Shown: positions 36,013 through 49,173, counted from the first letter of the whole stretch. The stretch: 57,675 bases of DNA, filler included, from Sphacelaria rigidula (GCA_964200075.2; 8 parts of 8 records of this genome joined end to end with filler, not necessarily neighbours in it); one strand, 5' to 3'. Notes: a model not told the origin generated them from the letters alone. Program-made: numbers and translations.

Positions 36013-38113
36013 NNNNNNNNNNNNNNNNNNNNNNNNNNNNNNNNNNNNNNNNNNNNTTAATTAATTAANNNNNNNNNNNNNNNNNNNNNNNNNNNNNNNN
36101 NNNNNNNNNNNNGCGTAGGACACGTGTGGTATTCCCGAGGTGCCAGAGTGGGAAGTAGCTCTCGTGCCACAAAGACATGACAGCGGGAGGCACTTCCCGA
36201 AAAATTGGAATGCGTAAAACATTCTCGGCATGTTGTTCGTCACTTGGGAAGCTCGCGGGTATGTTCTTTTAGTGCTTCGCTGTTTCGCTGCACATGAGAG
36301 TTTGCATTTCTCTGGACGAAGGAGTGGCTTTGGCTGGCTGTTGGAATACGTGGAACATTCTTGGCATGTTCGTTCTCACTTGAGAAGCTGGCGGATATAT
36401 TCTTCCAGTGCTTCGCTTTTTCCCTGCACATGAGAGTTGCATTTTTTTCAAGCCGGCCGAACTTTTCACCGGGACTTTCCTGTTACAACTCTACGCACTA
36501 CGTGCTTTGGGTGTTACTATCCGCGCTTGTAGGGTACTGCATTTTTCCAGCCCCGCCCGAGAGAAAACACTGATATAGTATAATAGCTACCTACCTAGCC
36601 ATATATTCCGCAGACTGGTAGTTCTTGTTTGAAACGACTGCACATCACTGTGGCTTCCACAACCACCAGGCCTTTTTTGAAAACAGGGCGATTGTTTTTT
36701 GCGGCAAAACATTCCTGTGCTGCCATGTTGCTGTGCCTTGTTCAACTCGCCAACGGCCCATTGCACGGCCTTGTGTTTGGTGCTGACTAGAGCCAAGGCA
36801 ATGTTCAATTGTTTTCAATCGCTTTGCTCTCATGTTCTCGTGACATTGGCGGCATAACCGGTGTGTTCATGCTCCCAAATGAACGAGAACGCGACGAAAA
36901 GAAACACGAGGAAAAAACACTCCGCCAAAAGTAATCCTGTTTCAAGTTTTCCATGATCTTCCACAGGCTTTTGTGGTTCGGGTTCCTGTTTCAACTTTTC
37001 CATGATCTTGAAAAGACTTTTGTGGTTCGAGATCGACACCCCGCGAAAAAGGGCCAGTTTGAGCGACTTTTGGTGGCCAGAACACGCGCCACAGGTATCA
37101 GATGGCGCCCAAACGGGGGGTTCTGAGGAACCCTCCTGCTGCTTGTGAAGTCAGACACATGACATGTAGGGCGTGTGATTTGCTCGGCCCCTTGTTGGTA
37201 GATTTGTGATGGCGGCTAAGTACCGGGTTCTGGCAACCGATGTGTCCCGCATGTGCTAGCGCCCATAACGTATTTTTGGCGGATTTGTCTGGCTTTGCAC
37301 TGCTAACGTGTTGGTCGTAGTTTATACTACGTCGTACAAAGACTACAAAAAGCGGAATCGCGCGCCGCGTTACGCGATAGCCATTTGGTACACTTAGCAT
37401 GCCGAGAAAGCGCCATGCCCTCGGCTGCCACAACGTCTCTCTTTGGATGCGCGTCGAATTGCGAAACGGTATCCTGGGGATGCCAGCAATTTCAGAGTTT
37501 TTTTTTGTCCGACGCATCTCATATTCCTCGACCGCTGTTAAGAGTTCGAAGTACTGAGACCGCCTGCCTTGTATGCATCAGTTAGCATCAGCGACCAGGA
37601 CTGTCTATGGTTGAACACCAGTCCCTCAGTGTTCCGTTATTTCTCTTTCAACCCTGAGATGAAGGACAATTGAGCCAATCAAGAGTCGGCGCGGCTAAGG
37701 TGGTCGGGCTCGCGCACAGCCGTCACGACCATGTACGCTGTGCGTTGATTTGTAGAGACGTACAGCACAAATTGAGTTTTTTGCACGACGCCACACGAGC
37801 GTTTTATGTTTCTCGCAAAACCCGAACCGTTGACATTTCCCGATCAAATGGCGCCTGTAGTTGTGGGATGGTGCGCGCCGTCGACTGACCGGTCGAATGG
37901 ACCCTGCGATGATGAGAGCGATATGACAGCAAGACTTGGGATCTCAACGAAAAATTCAGACATCTCGGAGAAGAGTAGATGCGCCATCATGAACATTTGA
38001 CAGAAGGGAGACACGGCCAATCAGAACCCCTCGTCGACGACCATAAGGCACCACATGCTTTGTTCGCTCGGCACTTCGTTTTGTTTTAGTTTGGTAGTTT
38101 TATCAGGCACATA

Positions 38114-38655
38114 CCGCTGGCGAAACGCGATAGGCCGTAGCATACCATTTGGCGTGGGGTAACCAGAGATGTACTGCGCGATGGATAATCTGGCAGCATG
38201 ATTTGGGATCCCGATGACAAACCACGTGCATGGGGGAAGTCAGTAGAGTAGACGCTCTCATCATGCTGGTTTCAGAGATGAAGCCACCACGCACAAAAAT
38301 ATTCGGTCCACAAACGAAGGGCACTATATGCTTCGTTGCGCTTTGTATTTTGAGATCTTTTAGTTCTACAAGATGTACATCGCCTGCTCAACATAATCAT
38401 CCATGTCGAACAGCGTGGAGGGCAGTTAGTCCAGTGGACAAAGCTGCCGTATAACCGGATGCGGTTGACACCGATGACCGAAGTCGTGAGGGGTGATTGT
38501 AGCTTTGTAGCGGAACATGAAAAACTGAGACGGCGTGGCGTGCTTCCAGCCCTTTCACACGAAATATTCGAGATCTTTCCAGTTGAGAATGGTGAAGTCA
38601 CGCTCGCCCCAATGTGGGAACACCTGAAGTTCGCACCCATTGATCTCACCAACAT
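38114..38655 (-). pseudogene. Degraded coding exon of unknown family
   Basis: After a TTTCTCGCAG acceptor: DVGEINGCELQVFPHWGERDFTILNWKDLEYFV*KGWKHATPSQFFMFRYK...LD*LPSTLFDMDDYVEQAMYIL*; GTATGT donor near 38113. Confidence 0.35.
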
Positions 38656-38910
38656 CTGCGAGAAATCAAACGCGGTTTGTTGTGGTGTGTTATTCGGGAA
38701 CTACTCCAGTCCCTGTGCAGTGAAGAAAATATGTTTTCCGCCGAAAGGCGTCGTAAAGATCCCGTAACGTAAAGTGTTGACGCTTACTACGTTGCCGCAA
38801 ACGACTGTAGTAGAAACCGCGACTGCACGTGTACTAATTAGACCACGCCACGTGCCTGTCTTCAGCTGCGTCGAAGATTCACACCATCATACAGTATAGT
38901 TTAATCAGGG

Positions 38911-39276
38911 GGTGTGTTGTGTTGTCATCCCATCTATTCTGATCGTCAGTTTACACCTTTCGGTATATGTGGGCGCATCACCCGGGGTCACACACGAGGA
39001 AGGCCAACACATGACTTCTTTTTTTCTCTCTTGTTTTAGTCCCCCACCTTCCTTATGCGGTGCTTGCCTTATTTTTTATCGCTCCAAGGGTTCAGCGGTC
39101 CCTTTCCCTCGTCAACCGTGAAGTTGAATTTTTTGCAGCCACGATATAGTCGATGTCCACTGTTGGGCATGGTGTGCGGAAAAATCCCAGATCGTGCGAC
39201 TGCACCGAGATTTGAACCCACGACCCAACCATCAGAGCGTTTCGAGGCTACTAAATGAGCCAAGGGGGCGACCGGC
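38911..39276 (-). mobile_element. SINE family 1, full length, diverged
   Basis: Homologous to 6543-6947 including the tRNA head (TGGCTCATTTAG; GGTTCAAATC). Confidence 0.85.
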
Positions 39277-39369
39277 AGTTTAATCAAGTACCTGATCATT
39301 TTCGTGGTATACCTTGGAGAAAACACAGTTTTTAGGGAGGGCACTACTGTATGATGGACGAAGCGAATA

Positions 39370-41726
39370 GAGGTTGGCGCGAAAAGTTGGAGCTGTCCGT
39401 GCTAGTCTCGAACCACTCAAGAGTCAATCCCGACGCAAAGGCATGGCGTCCACAGCCCATACAGAGCGTGTGCACAAACTTTCGCGAAAAAAGATCGCGA
39501 TTCAGGGCAGACAGCCCCACGGGGCACAAGGACCTCTTGGCATCGCAGGGTACAAAGGCCTCGCAGCACCCCTCTTGTGCCCAACAATCAAGTTGGTATG
39601 ACCACTACCTAGAATACTATGTTCATCTAGTACCCCCTTGTATCCTATTGTGAACTCACGTGTTTTCAAAGAGTACGCGCGATTGACCACTATCAGACTT
39701 GCGCAGCCACCGTCCAACCCACCGCTTGACGCGAAATTGGATGGCAGACGAAGGTCGCCAACGCTTCTTTTCACCTCTTTCGGCGACCTGGAGACTGAGA
39801 TTTCTGAGGAGACACCGCACGGCAGTCATCCGCGCGCGCGGACAAACGGTACAACTTATTTTTATTTATTTTTTCCGCACATTAGTCCGATTTCTCTAAT
39901 CCGTGGTACACAGACAATAATTTGCCAAACTACGAAACGGAACGCAGAGGGAACATCAAGTTGCGGAATTACAAAATACAACGGCTGAACCCCTTCGTCG
40001 CTCAGTCATCGCTTAGGCGCACCGCGCAGGCAATGTCGATGCAGCTTGCCCTACAGGGCGGTTGTGATGTACAAAACAATCGTAGGAGTCGTAGAAGCAC
40101 ACATAGTAATCGTGCGATGGGGTATAATACATGAGGTTATTGTCGACCGTGGGGCGATGCGAAGACGTGCGAACAGGACACGGTACTGGCGCAAAGTAAC
40201 TAATTTGGAACAATTCCGACTGTTCGCCGAGGCGTTTTGCGGCTGTTTGCTATCGAATGGAAAATGAAGCTGCCGAACAGTCACCGTTGCTGTGGTACAC
40301 ACTTGTCGCACAGCTCGCACCTGAGACACAAGCACATGTCAAGTAATGATACCCACAGTCGTATCATAGATCATTAATAGGTCGAGCCGCACCCACTGGT
40401 GAGCTGAGTTCGACATCTTCACCTCCGGGTAAATCGGTTCGAAAGTTGTTGAGGTGAAATGATTTCTGTCGGACGCGCGCCGTATTACACACCCGGAAAC
40501 GGACAAGGACTCCATCGTCAGCAACGTTTCTGGCACACACATGGCCGATCCCTTTCCAAAACCGACCGGGTTGCCGTGAAACGAACAACACTGTGTATCT
40601 ATGCGCTAGGCGTGATTCGCCTCTGCTGGGAGTATCTATGCTTGATTGTTCCGGCTGGATGTTTCAGTCACGCCCGTTGAGATCTCGAGACCTGTTTCCG
40701 GGTGTGTCCAGTGCGGGAATAAACACCGCTGTTCCGAGAAAGTCTATTTCATCTTTCCTCCGCAGTAACCGAAGTGGTCGTTGCGAGCAGGCGAGGTTCC
40801 TTGCTCGCTCCTTGTCTTTTTATCGTCTCGACAAGACACGAGACACGGCATAATAATTGTCACGAACAACTTGGACGGCCGTTCATATGCTGGAAGAAAC
40901 AAAAGCCTTCGAACGAATGAAGGTATATTATTATTGCGCTTCACAACTGGATCTACCCCCATATTCCCCAACAGTTACTTTGCGCCAGTACGAACCTTGT
41001 TTTTGTTCACGTGTCTTCTCGTCGCCCCGTGGCCCACAATCACTCCATATACTATACCCCCATAGCACGATTACTATGTGTGCCTCCACTACTCCTACAT
41101 ATGTTTTGTACATTGCGAGCGCCCTCTAGGGTAAGTTGCTTCGATACTTTTCAGCCGGTGGGTTTCGTAATTTCGCAGCTTGTTGTGCCCTTTGCATTGT
41201 GTTCCGAAATTTCGCAATTTGTTGTACCGTTTGCCCGGTGCCGCGCACACAACGGCCGTGCCGTGTGTCAATAGCTCCGCAGGGGTCTCGTTTGTTCGGG
41301 GTGAAAGTCATCGACGGCGAGTCGTTTCGAGGCCGTAGAAAGAGGAAACAACAAGCGCTGGAGGCGTTCTTTAGCCATGCGATTTTGTGCCGTGCAGTGG
41401 GTCAGACGGTGGCTGTCGAAGGCCCATAGTGGTCAAGCGTGGGTACACTTTGGACTCAAGTGGGTACAAAATAGGACAAAATGGGAGTAATAGATGAACA
41501 TGGCAGTTGGTGGCGGATAAAGCTCCCTGATTGGTGGACAAAAGAAGGGATGTTGCGAGGCCCTTGTGCTCCGTCGTGCTATTTCGCCCTAAATCGTGCT
41601 TTTTTTTCGCGGAAGCTGGTGTACACGAGCTGTATGGGCTGTGGGCGCCTTGTTGCCTTTGCACCGGGATTGACTTCTCAGTGGTTTGAGCCTAGTACCG
41701 ACAGCTCCAACTTTCGCGCTCACCTG
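39370..41726. mobile_element. 2.36-kb foldback DNA transposon with ~800-bp inverted arms and TA TSD
   Basis: TA|GAGGTTGGCGCGAAAAGTTGGAGCTGTC ... GACAGCTCCAACTTTCGCGCTCACCTG|TA; inner arms 40060-40205 / 40970-41115; no transposase ORF. Confidence 0.8.
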
Positions 41727-42121
41727 TACCCACTTGTGGGCTGAAATGTGGAGTGATGTACCTGTTCTTGTATGTTGCACATCCTGGACAAAAGGTTACA
41801 TAATCAAAACGTTTACTGCGTACAGTATGGAATCTGTTGTCTTTATACGCAATTGTCGATACTGTACGCAGTACACTTTCTGACAATATAATCTATCGTC
41901 CGGGGGCGTCATCTTTTGCCCTTCACATTTCGGTCATTGAGAGTATTTCAGGTGGTCAAGAAGCCCCACACGTGATGCTCACAGTCCCAAAATGATATGT
42001 AGTTTTTCATTCTTCACCACCTGTTGAGGCCCTACGCTTTCGAATTTTTCGGCGACACCTTCCTCCGCAACCCCCCACCCCGCACTGACTCCCGACAAAA
42101 ACATGTTTCGCCCAAACCCAG

Positions 42122-43058
42122 CGAGGGAGAGTGAAGGCGACGGCCTTGCTGTTGGACCACGGCGCCAACATAGAGTCCCGAACGGGAACGGATGGCACGC
42201 CGTTAGTGTGGGCTTGCATGGACGGCAACCCAAGCGTGGTCAAGCTCCTGTTGGATAGAGGGGCCGACGTGTCTTCCTTTACAAAGGTGAGCTACGTGCA
42301 TCTGCAATTGTGTTCCACGTGGTGAGTAACACGGGAGCGGGATACCTCAGAGGTGGTGGGATATTACCTCAATCAAGGTCGAATTGCTTTACCAGCTGCG
42401 GGTGTCGTGTTTATTGTTGATGCGGTGTTCGTGGTAACGGCGACGGGAAAACAAAGGATCAGGCTGTGATGGAATACGCGGGGAGTTTTACACAACCCGG
42501 TGGCGATCGATAGGTTGGTTTGGTCGATCGATGGAGCGATCGGTCGATTGATTTTCACACACGCGAGCCATCTGCTGCGAATCAAGCCGTGATGACAATA
42601 CAGACGCACATTCTCGAAGCAGGAAAGCACACGGTAACAGAAGCGGTCAACAGAAGGCGTGTTTCTGCCTCGAGGTGCCCAAGGAATCGAAGAGCCTGCC
42701 TGCTCGGCGGCCCGGAAGATCCACGTCTCAACTCCAAGGTCTCGATTTTTTCAACCTTTTATGTGGACGTGATGTTCGGTCGCGTGCCGCGAGGTCTCCG
42801 CTACGATGTGTCGACTGGCTCACCCTTTAACTTGCTGCTTGACATCGCGTATGCGCGACTCTTCACCTTGCGTCTTTGTATCAATTTCGCCTGCTTTTGG
42901 CCGCGAAAATGCTGGCGTGTCAGGGCAAGGGCACCGCGTTGCATCACGCGGCTACGTATGGTCATGCCGAGGTAGTGGGCATGCTCCTGAGAAAAGGCGC
43001 CAGCGCATACGCGGAGGACAACCGAGGGGACAGGCCGGGCGATAAGTTCGACCACGAG
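42122..43058 (+). CDS. Ankyrin-repeat protein, two internal exons (42122-42286, 42924-43058)
   Basis: LLLDHGANIESRTGTDGTPLVWACMDGNPSVVKLLLDRGADV and GTALHHAATYGHAEVVGMLLRKGA; phase-0 AG/GT junctions. Confidence 0.9.
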
Positions 43059-43159
43059 GTGACTCAAGAAGGACATCATGTTATATGTTGCTGTGCGACA
43101 TTTCGGACAACAGCGTCCTGTTTCAGTTTGTTGTTTTCAGCTGTTGCTGCTGCAGTACC

Positions 43160-43233
43160 GGGGTGGAGGGGGGGGCATACTCATTTGTTGCTTGCCTTAG
43201 TCGTTTGACCATTGACCACGCATCCCTTTCGAG
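43160..43233 (-). mobile_element. LINE 3' end with poly(C) tail (intronic)
   Basis: GGGGTGGAGGGGGGGCATACTCATTTGTTGCTTGCCTTAG. Confidence 0.85.
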
Positions 43234-43910
43234 NNNNNNNNNNNNNNNNNNNNNNNNNNNNNNNNNNNNNNNNNNNNTTAATTAATTAANNNNNNNNNNN
43301 NNNNNNNNNNNNNNNNNNNNNNNNNNNNNNNNNCGAGGTTCGAAATTGGCCGCGGAACAAAACTCTGCGCGTGAAAATCTGTGCCGGTCGACCCCCGCCA
43401 GTTTGCTAAGCGTCACGAGCTGCGATCTCGATTTTGGCTGTGGTGATTGCTTAGGGGTCGATGGGTGCTGTCTTGTGTACACGATGGTCCTCCTCTTAGG
43501 CGCTTCCTACAAAACTTCAAATCTGCAAAAAACTACTATCCTTTTCACCCTTGCACACGTCGGACAGCCCACGCGCTACCACAAGACACAAATACAAATC
43601 TAAGAGAACTCTCAGATCTCTTGTCCAAGGACGAAATATGTGTGACAGCGGGGTCCTACAAGGCAAAGAGCTACTTTTGCGCAGTTATTGTTTTGGCGAA
43701 ACACGCATTTTTGTCGGAGACCCCTAATTTTTCTCGGAGACCGGTCTACAGCCTAGAAAAATGACAGCGTAAAACGACGCAGAAGCTCCGAAAGGGCTTT
43801 TTCTCCAGATTTATTTTTTTGTTTGCCATAAGAAGCGACCGTAGCAAGCAGTAGTAATGTACCGGTATTCAGTCATGTTCCATGCTTCCCCGCCTTTTTT
43901 CAGAACGAAA

Positions 43911-45293
43911 ATAACGTGCTTGAATATCCTATGTCACGTGATTTGGCTAGGTTAGCGGGTATTGCATTACAAAAAAAATATACTATGACGAGGTCTGCCG
44001 GTGCTATGTTATTGGGTAACTTATGGTACAGCCGACACTGCCCGCTCTAATAGAATCCTCATGACACTTGTACGATAACATTGGCCTACTCTACCAGCTG
44101 TCCGCACATGGCTGTAACACAAAAACACACTCGCACGGTTCGGCTCTACAAAAACACAACCATGAGCACATAGTCTTATTATTGGTCTCCACAAAAACAG
44201 GAACACAAAACACAGTGTTATATCGAATAGCCGGCAAGCGATGGATCAAAGAAGCCACATATATACCGAAAGGACAACGGCTCAACAAACAGTAGCACTA
44301 TACCATGAGGGGTAATCAAAGTACCCCAGTTCAACTAGTACAACGTTGGTATACCCCACGGACCACGGCGGAACAACGTAACATCATACCACCTCGAACA
44401 ATATATTACCAACCATACGAAAGTAGAATGTTCATGTGCCCAACGGGTCAGGTCTCAAGATAGGAACACAGTGTTTTATGGGATAACCGACAAGCGGTTA
44501 ATCGACCGCCAAAAATTTGACCGTTTACAGTTGGAACAATAAGCGACCTAACATGTGTTGAACAAATTGGCAGCCCACTCATAACTGCAGTAACGTGAGT
44601 TAGGGCTCAGGTCCAGCAAGGCCTGTGACACAGTAATTTCTGTTAAATGCTACATTATCCGACCCTAAAGCACAAGAGGTCCGAAATGTGTTATATTTTA
44701 GTACCCAATCATCGAGACTCCGTAACATTCTGTGCGACCAACGGGTGGACATAGCGTTATCAACTTGTACGTCACTGCCGACCCGCCGGCTACCGCAAAG
44801 TTACTGTGTTTGTGTTTTTGTAGAGCCCAACAGTAGGAGTGTGTTTTTGTGTTCCTGTTTTTGTGGAGACCAACTATGGGACTATGTGATCATGGTTGTG
44901 TTTTTGTAGAGCCGAACCGTACGAGTGTGTTTTTATGTTCCTGTTTTTGTGGACGTCAACGATGGGACTATGTGCTCATGTTTGTGTTTTTGTACAGCCG
45001 ACCCGTACGAGTGTGTTTTTGTGTTCCTGTTTTTGCGGAACCCAACCGTACTAGTATGTTTTTGTGTTACAGCTACGTGCGGACTGGCAGAGTAACACAA
45101 CATTATCGTACAACAGCCGTCAGGGTTCTATATCTAACACCATACTACACTGTCAGTAGAGCGGTGAGTGTCGGCTGTAACATAAGTTACCCATAGCACC
45201 AGTAGACCTCGTCGTAGTATATGTTTCTCGTGTTACAATACCCGCCAACCTAGCCAAATAACGTAACAGAGGTAACATATCATACTACGTTAT
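43911..45293. mobile_element. Non-autonomous element with ~300-bp inverted arms and subterminal tandem repeats
   Basis: 43911-44220 is inverted to 44940-45293 (TTGGCTAGGTTAGCGGGTATTG / CAATACCCGCCAACCTAGCCAA); repeats GTGTTTTTGT... at 44805-45070. Confidence 0.75.
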
Positions 45294-45299
45294 CCGAGG

Positions 45300-45500
45300 T
45301 GTGGTAGACTGTTTCGAGACGTTTGGAGCCACTCCAGCCATGACACCAATAAAGTTGGCGATTGCCGTTGCAGTGCAGGAGGGATGACCACTATATCACT
45401 TTGATGTCACACAAGCCTTTACACAGGCAAAAATGGACACAAATGTGTACATGGATGGAGCTCCCAAAAGGATGTGGCCCTCTCATCGGAAGTACGGAAA
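45300..45500 (+). mobile_element. Ty1/Copia reverse transcriptase fragment
   Basis: DCFETFGATPAMTPIKLAIAVAVQEG*PLYHFDVTQAFTQAKMDTNVYM/ELPKGCG, the Copia ETFAP...HxDVxxAF motif. Confidence 0.85.
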
Positions 45501-45514
45501 AGACCCGAAACATC

Positions 45515-48500
45515 TGTGACGGAATAACGCCGTTACGTTGGGTTGGTAGTGATGATCTAGATAGTGACCGGGAACACTAGGTTAATACCCTGGACTAATG
45601 TCGAGATAGCCCCCCTAAAAAAGTGCACCGAAGACCGTCCAGCAAACCGGCTGCGATTCCACTGTTGTTGGGCTCGTTTACAGCAACTTCGCCCACATGA
45701 GAGGCGTGTAGCGAGGGCGAAATCAGCTTTGACTCCCAAATATGTCGCGTCGAGCAGCAAGAAACCAGCTCTAACGGCATTTATGAGTATCGCCCCCGTG
45801 CACGTTTTTGGCCGGTTTGGGGGGAGGCTATCTCGGCAGCAGTCCCTGGCGTGTCTAGGAGGCTGTGCCTACAAGGGCAGTCCTGAATAAGGGAATGTTG
45901 CAAAGGCTGACAACTGAAATTGAGGCCTGCAAGACTGGGGAGTCCCTCAACAGCAGTGATCCAGCAGTTCTTCCACTGGCTGGCGTAACAATATCGATAC
46001 TAGTGCTAGTGCTAATGTTAGTGCTAGAAACCTGCTGGAAAGGATTTCGGCGGAGTGAGTCTGGCAGCTGGGGACAACCCGACATCACGGACGCGTGATG
46101 GGGGTTCAAGCTGGTGGTGGCTGCAGATACGCGGCTGGCTTGTGATTGATCCAGACTGGAGACTCACTGAAGCTGCGTGCAGCGGGAGTTTGGAGGCTCC
46201 TACGACTGTGTGGTGCGGCGACGAAGCAAGGAAAGTGCAATTCGCGAACGTCCGCTGGCTCGTGAAAGTTTGCAGGTCGCCGGTTGCAGCTACGCGTATG
46301 GCGACCGGTTCGTGTACTACGACCATCGTGACGCCCGTGGTTCTGCGTAAATAGTTGCGTCCTCCCCAATACGGGGATAGGTACTCAGTGCATCTCGCAC
46401 TTTTATTACGAAGTACTTCAAGTACAAGAAGCATGTGAAGCACGCTAACGCAGGGGGTGCTGTGCGGTATCAGGTGGTGCCAATGGCTCAACAAGTGCTA
46501 ACTTATGTGCAGAGAGTGTTTGCTCGTTTGGAGCATAAGAAGATCACAATCACCCCGCCGCAATTGACTGCGGCGAAAAAAGAGCGTGCTGGACATGCGG
46601 TGGGCACTTGCCACCGTTGTGGCCAGGTCAGTCATTACGCGCGCGATTGCCTAACGTCTTCCAGTGGAGAGTCTGGGCAGTCTCATGCCGCGCGCCATTA
46701 GCATCGTCAGCACAAGGGCAAAAGACGAGGTAATCGTGGTGACGGTGGTGGATCCTCCGGCGATGGAGGGTCGCAGGCGAGCCCGCAGCAGCAGCAACAG
46801 CAGGGGCAGCGGCGTCAGCATGGGCCTGGTTATAGGTCCGGCGCCGCCGTAGGTGCTGCTGCTCCGCAACGGGCGGTGCAGATGAGACCGACTTATACAG
46901 TGTCGAATACTGCGCCGGCGCCGATGGTGGCGCCGGTGGCGACACCGGCAGCAGCGCCAGGCGCGACGCCTGCTGACGCGCTGATCGGAGGTTCGCCAAA
47001 TTCTTGGTCTGCTGGCTAGGGGTCATACCCGCCGGCCGTGCCTATGAACCTGCCGGGGCGTTTTCGCCTGCGTAGCTTGCGCAGCCGTGGCGTCATGTGG
47101 GATTAGCGGCGCATCGGTCGGCCAATATATTGCCAGTGGAGTTTGCGGACAACTACGTTCCTGCAGAACTGTGTCTCCCAAATCAACAGGAGCGTGGAGC
47201 CATTGCGGTTCAGGCTAAGCGGGATTCAGGCGCCCACTTGACGGGTCTCGTGAGTCTGTCGGTACAGATTGTAGAGATATTGGAGCGTCTTCTCCCGGGT
47301 GTGCCGCTGCGCATTCCGTTTTCGCTCGGGGCGCGGCAGGCCGTCACCACATCGGGTCAGCATCTTTACGGGACAGAGCGTACTGTTCTGCTGCAACTGA
47401 CTTTGATGACTTCCTGGGGGCCGGCGCAGATGCCTCCGATCTCGTTTGCGATCATGCCGGGGTCGGATGGCGTCATTCTTCTGGGGTTGCCGATGCTTCA
47501 GGATATTGGAGTCAACGCTCGGCGGTTGTGGGACTCCATGAAGACGCGGATGTCTCCGCCTGGTCCGCGCTTGGAGACGCCCGCCTTTTTGGGCAGTCGT
47601 CCATGAGCTTGTCGACGGATGCTTTTCAGGAGGCTGGGGGGCAGGTGACCGAGGAGCGGGATGCGGCGGTGGAACGCTTAGTAGAGCGCGGCCCGGATAT
47701 GTTCATGGACCCGGCGGAAGAGGAGTCGGCTCGAAAGGTCGCGCTGGAGGAGAGCGTGAAGGATGATGTGGCGACAGGCCTCAGCGTCTCAAAAGCGGAG
47801 CGCCTGCGCGGCATATTGCATTGCCGCGTCAACGCGTTTCGTCGTGCGCTGCGAGGTGATCCCCCTGCGCGCGTCGAGCCCATGCGTGTTCAGCTAAAAC
47901 CTGGGGCGTTCGCGGCGAAGACAAAGCCGCGGCGGTACAATCCAGTAAAGTCGAGTTGGTTGGCGTTGTGCATGGTGGCTTTTTTGGCGCTCGGGGTGGT
48001 GTCACGGAATTTGCAGGCGAGGTGGTCCAGTCCAGATACGGCGTTCCCGAAGAAGGCTGCATCGTGGGCGGAGGACAGGCTGCAAGCGTGGGCGGCAGCG
48101 AAGGATCTGGTGGCTCATGCCGTGACGTTTTTCCATCCTCGTCCTGATTGTTAGGTGTCAATGTTTTCGTATGCATCTGAGTGCCATTGGGGTAGTTTGG
48201 TCATGCAGGTGCCTACAGTTCAAATTCAAATGCCTGTGCGCGCTGTGGCTATGTATGGTCAGTGTGAACCTGATGACTCGATGCCGTCCAAATCTGTTAT
48301 CCACCAAGCGCAACAAAAATACCTTGGGGCCGGAGATGCGGATGTGTAATCTTTCGAGTCGGACGTTGGTACTGCTATCTTGGACAATAAAGGTATGTTT
48401 CGTGTGCATGTGCGTGGCCGAAACGTTTTGTGGATTCCGAGTTCTAACAAGCAGTTGCAGGTACGTCTGATGATTTGCGCGCACATGCGCGACGCCGAGC

Positions 48501-49172
48501 ATCGTGGTGTGGCTGTGACGCTCGTGCGCTTGCAAGAGTTTTGTGTCTGGCAGGGAATAGAAACTCATGTGCGCGAATTTGTCCGCCAGTATCTTCACTG
48601 TGCTGACTCGAGGGCGGGCGATGTTGTTCCCCGCCCGCTCGGCGAAACGGTCCATGGGACCACGCCGAATGAAGTCGTTCATTTTGACTTCTTGTACGTG
48701 GGCGAGAGTGGCCGGCTAGCTTCCCAAGGTTTGTCGAAGGATGCTGAGTTTTGATATATTTTGGTAATCATGGATGATTTGAGCAACTTCGTGGCTCTGG
48801 AACCAGTAGCAGTGTGTACTGCTGAATCGACCGCTGCATCTTTGCTGAATTGGTGCAAACCTTTGGGGGTGCCGCGTGTGTGTGTGAGTGATACCACCAC
48901 GCATTTCAAGAATGCAATCTTGGCCCGATTGCGAGAGGCTTTGCGCGTTGATCACCAGTTTGCGGTAGCGTATTCTCTGTGGTCTAACGGCACGTGCGAA
49001 CGCATGGTCAAGGAAGTAGTTCGTGTTCTTCACTCTATTCTTCTCGAGCAGAGTAGAGTGGTTTCCGAGTGGGTGGGCGTGCTGCCCACGGTGCAATAGG
49101 CGCTTAATACAGCGTATCGTCGTCGTTACGAGAGTATGCCGTACCACGTGATGTTTGGTCGTGCCCCTCGGA
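45515..49172 (+). mobile_element. Degenerate Ty3/Gypsy retrotransposon: LTR ~45515-46088, gag with zinc knuckle, protease, RT/RNase H largely deleted, integrase
   Basis: CHRCGQVSHYARDC knuckle; DSGA protease motif; HHCC-like integrase zinc finger and VVHFDF...VSD...SNGTCER core; no YxDD. Confidence 0.9.
48380..49172 (+). pseudogene. Gypsy integrase with in-frame stops
   Basis: CAHMRDAEHRG...YLHCAD; D-D-E core; stops at 48752-48754 and 49097-49099. Confidence 0.9.
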
Positions 49173-49173
49173 T

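Noticed and set aside
44805-45070. CRISPR-like array (also 53090-53395 and 23790-24120)
   Set aside because: Degenerate tandem units without unique spacers, inside transposon ends; no cas genes; eukaryotic context
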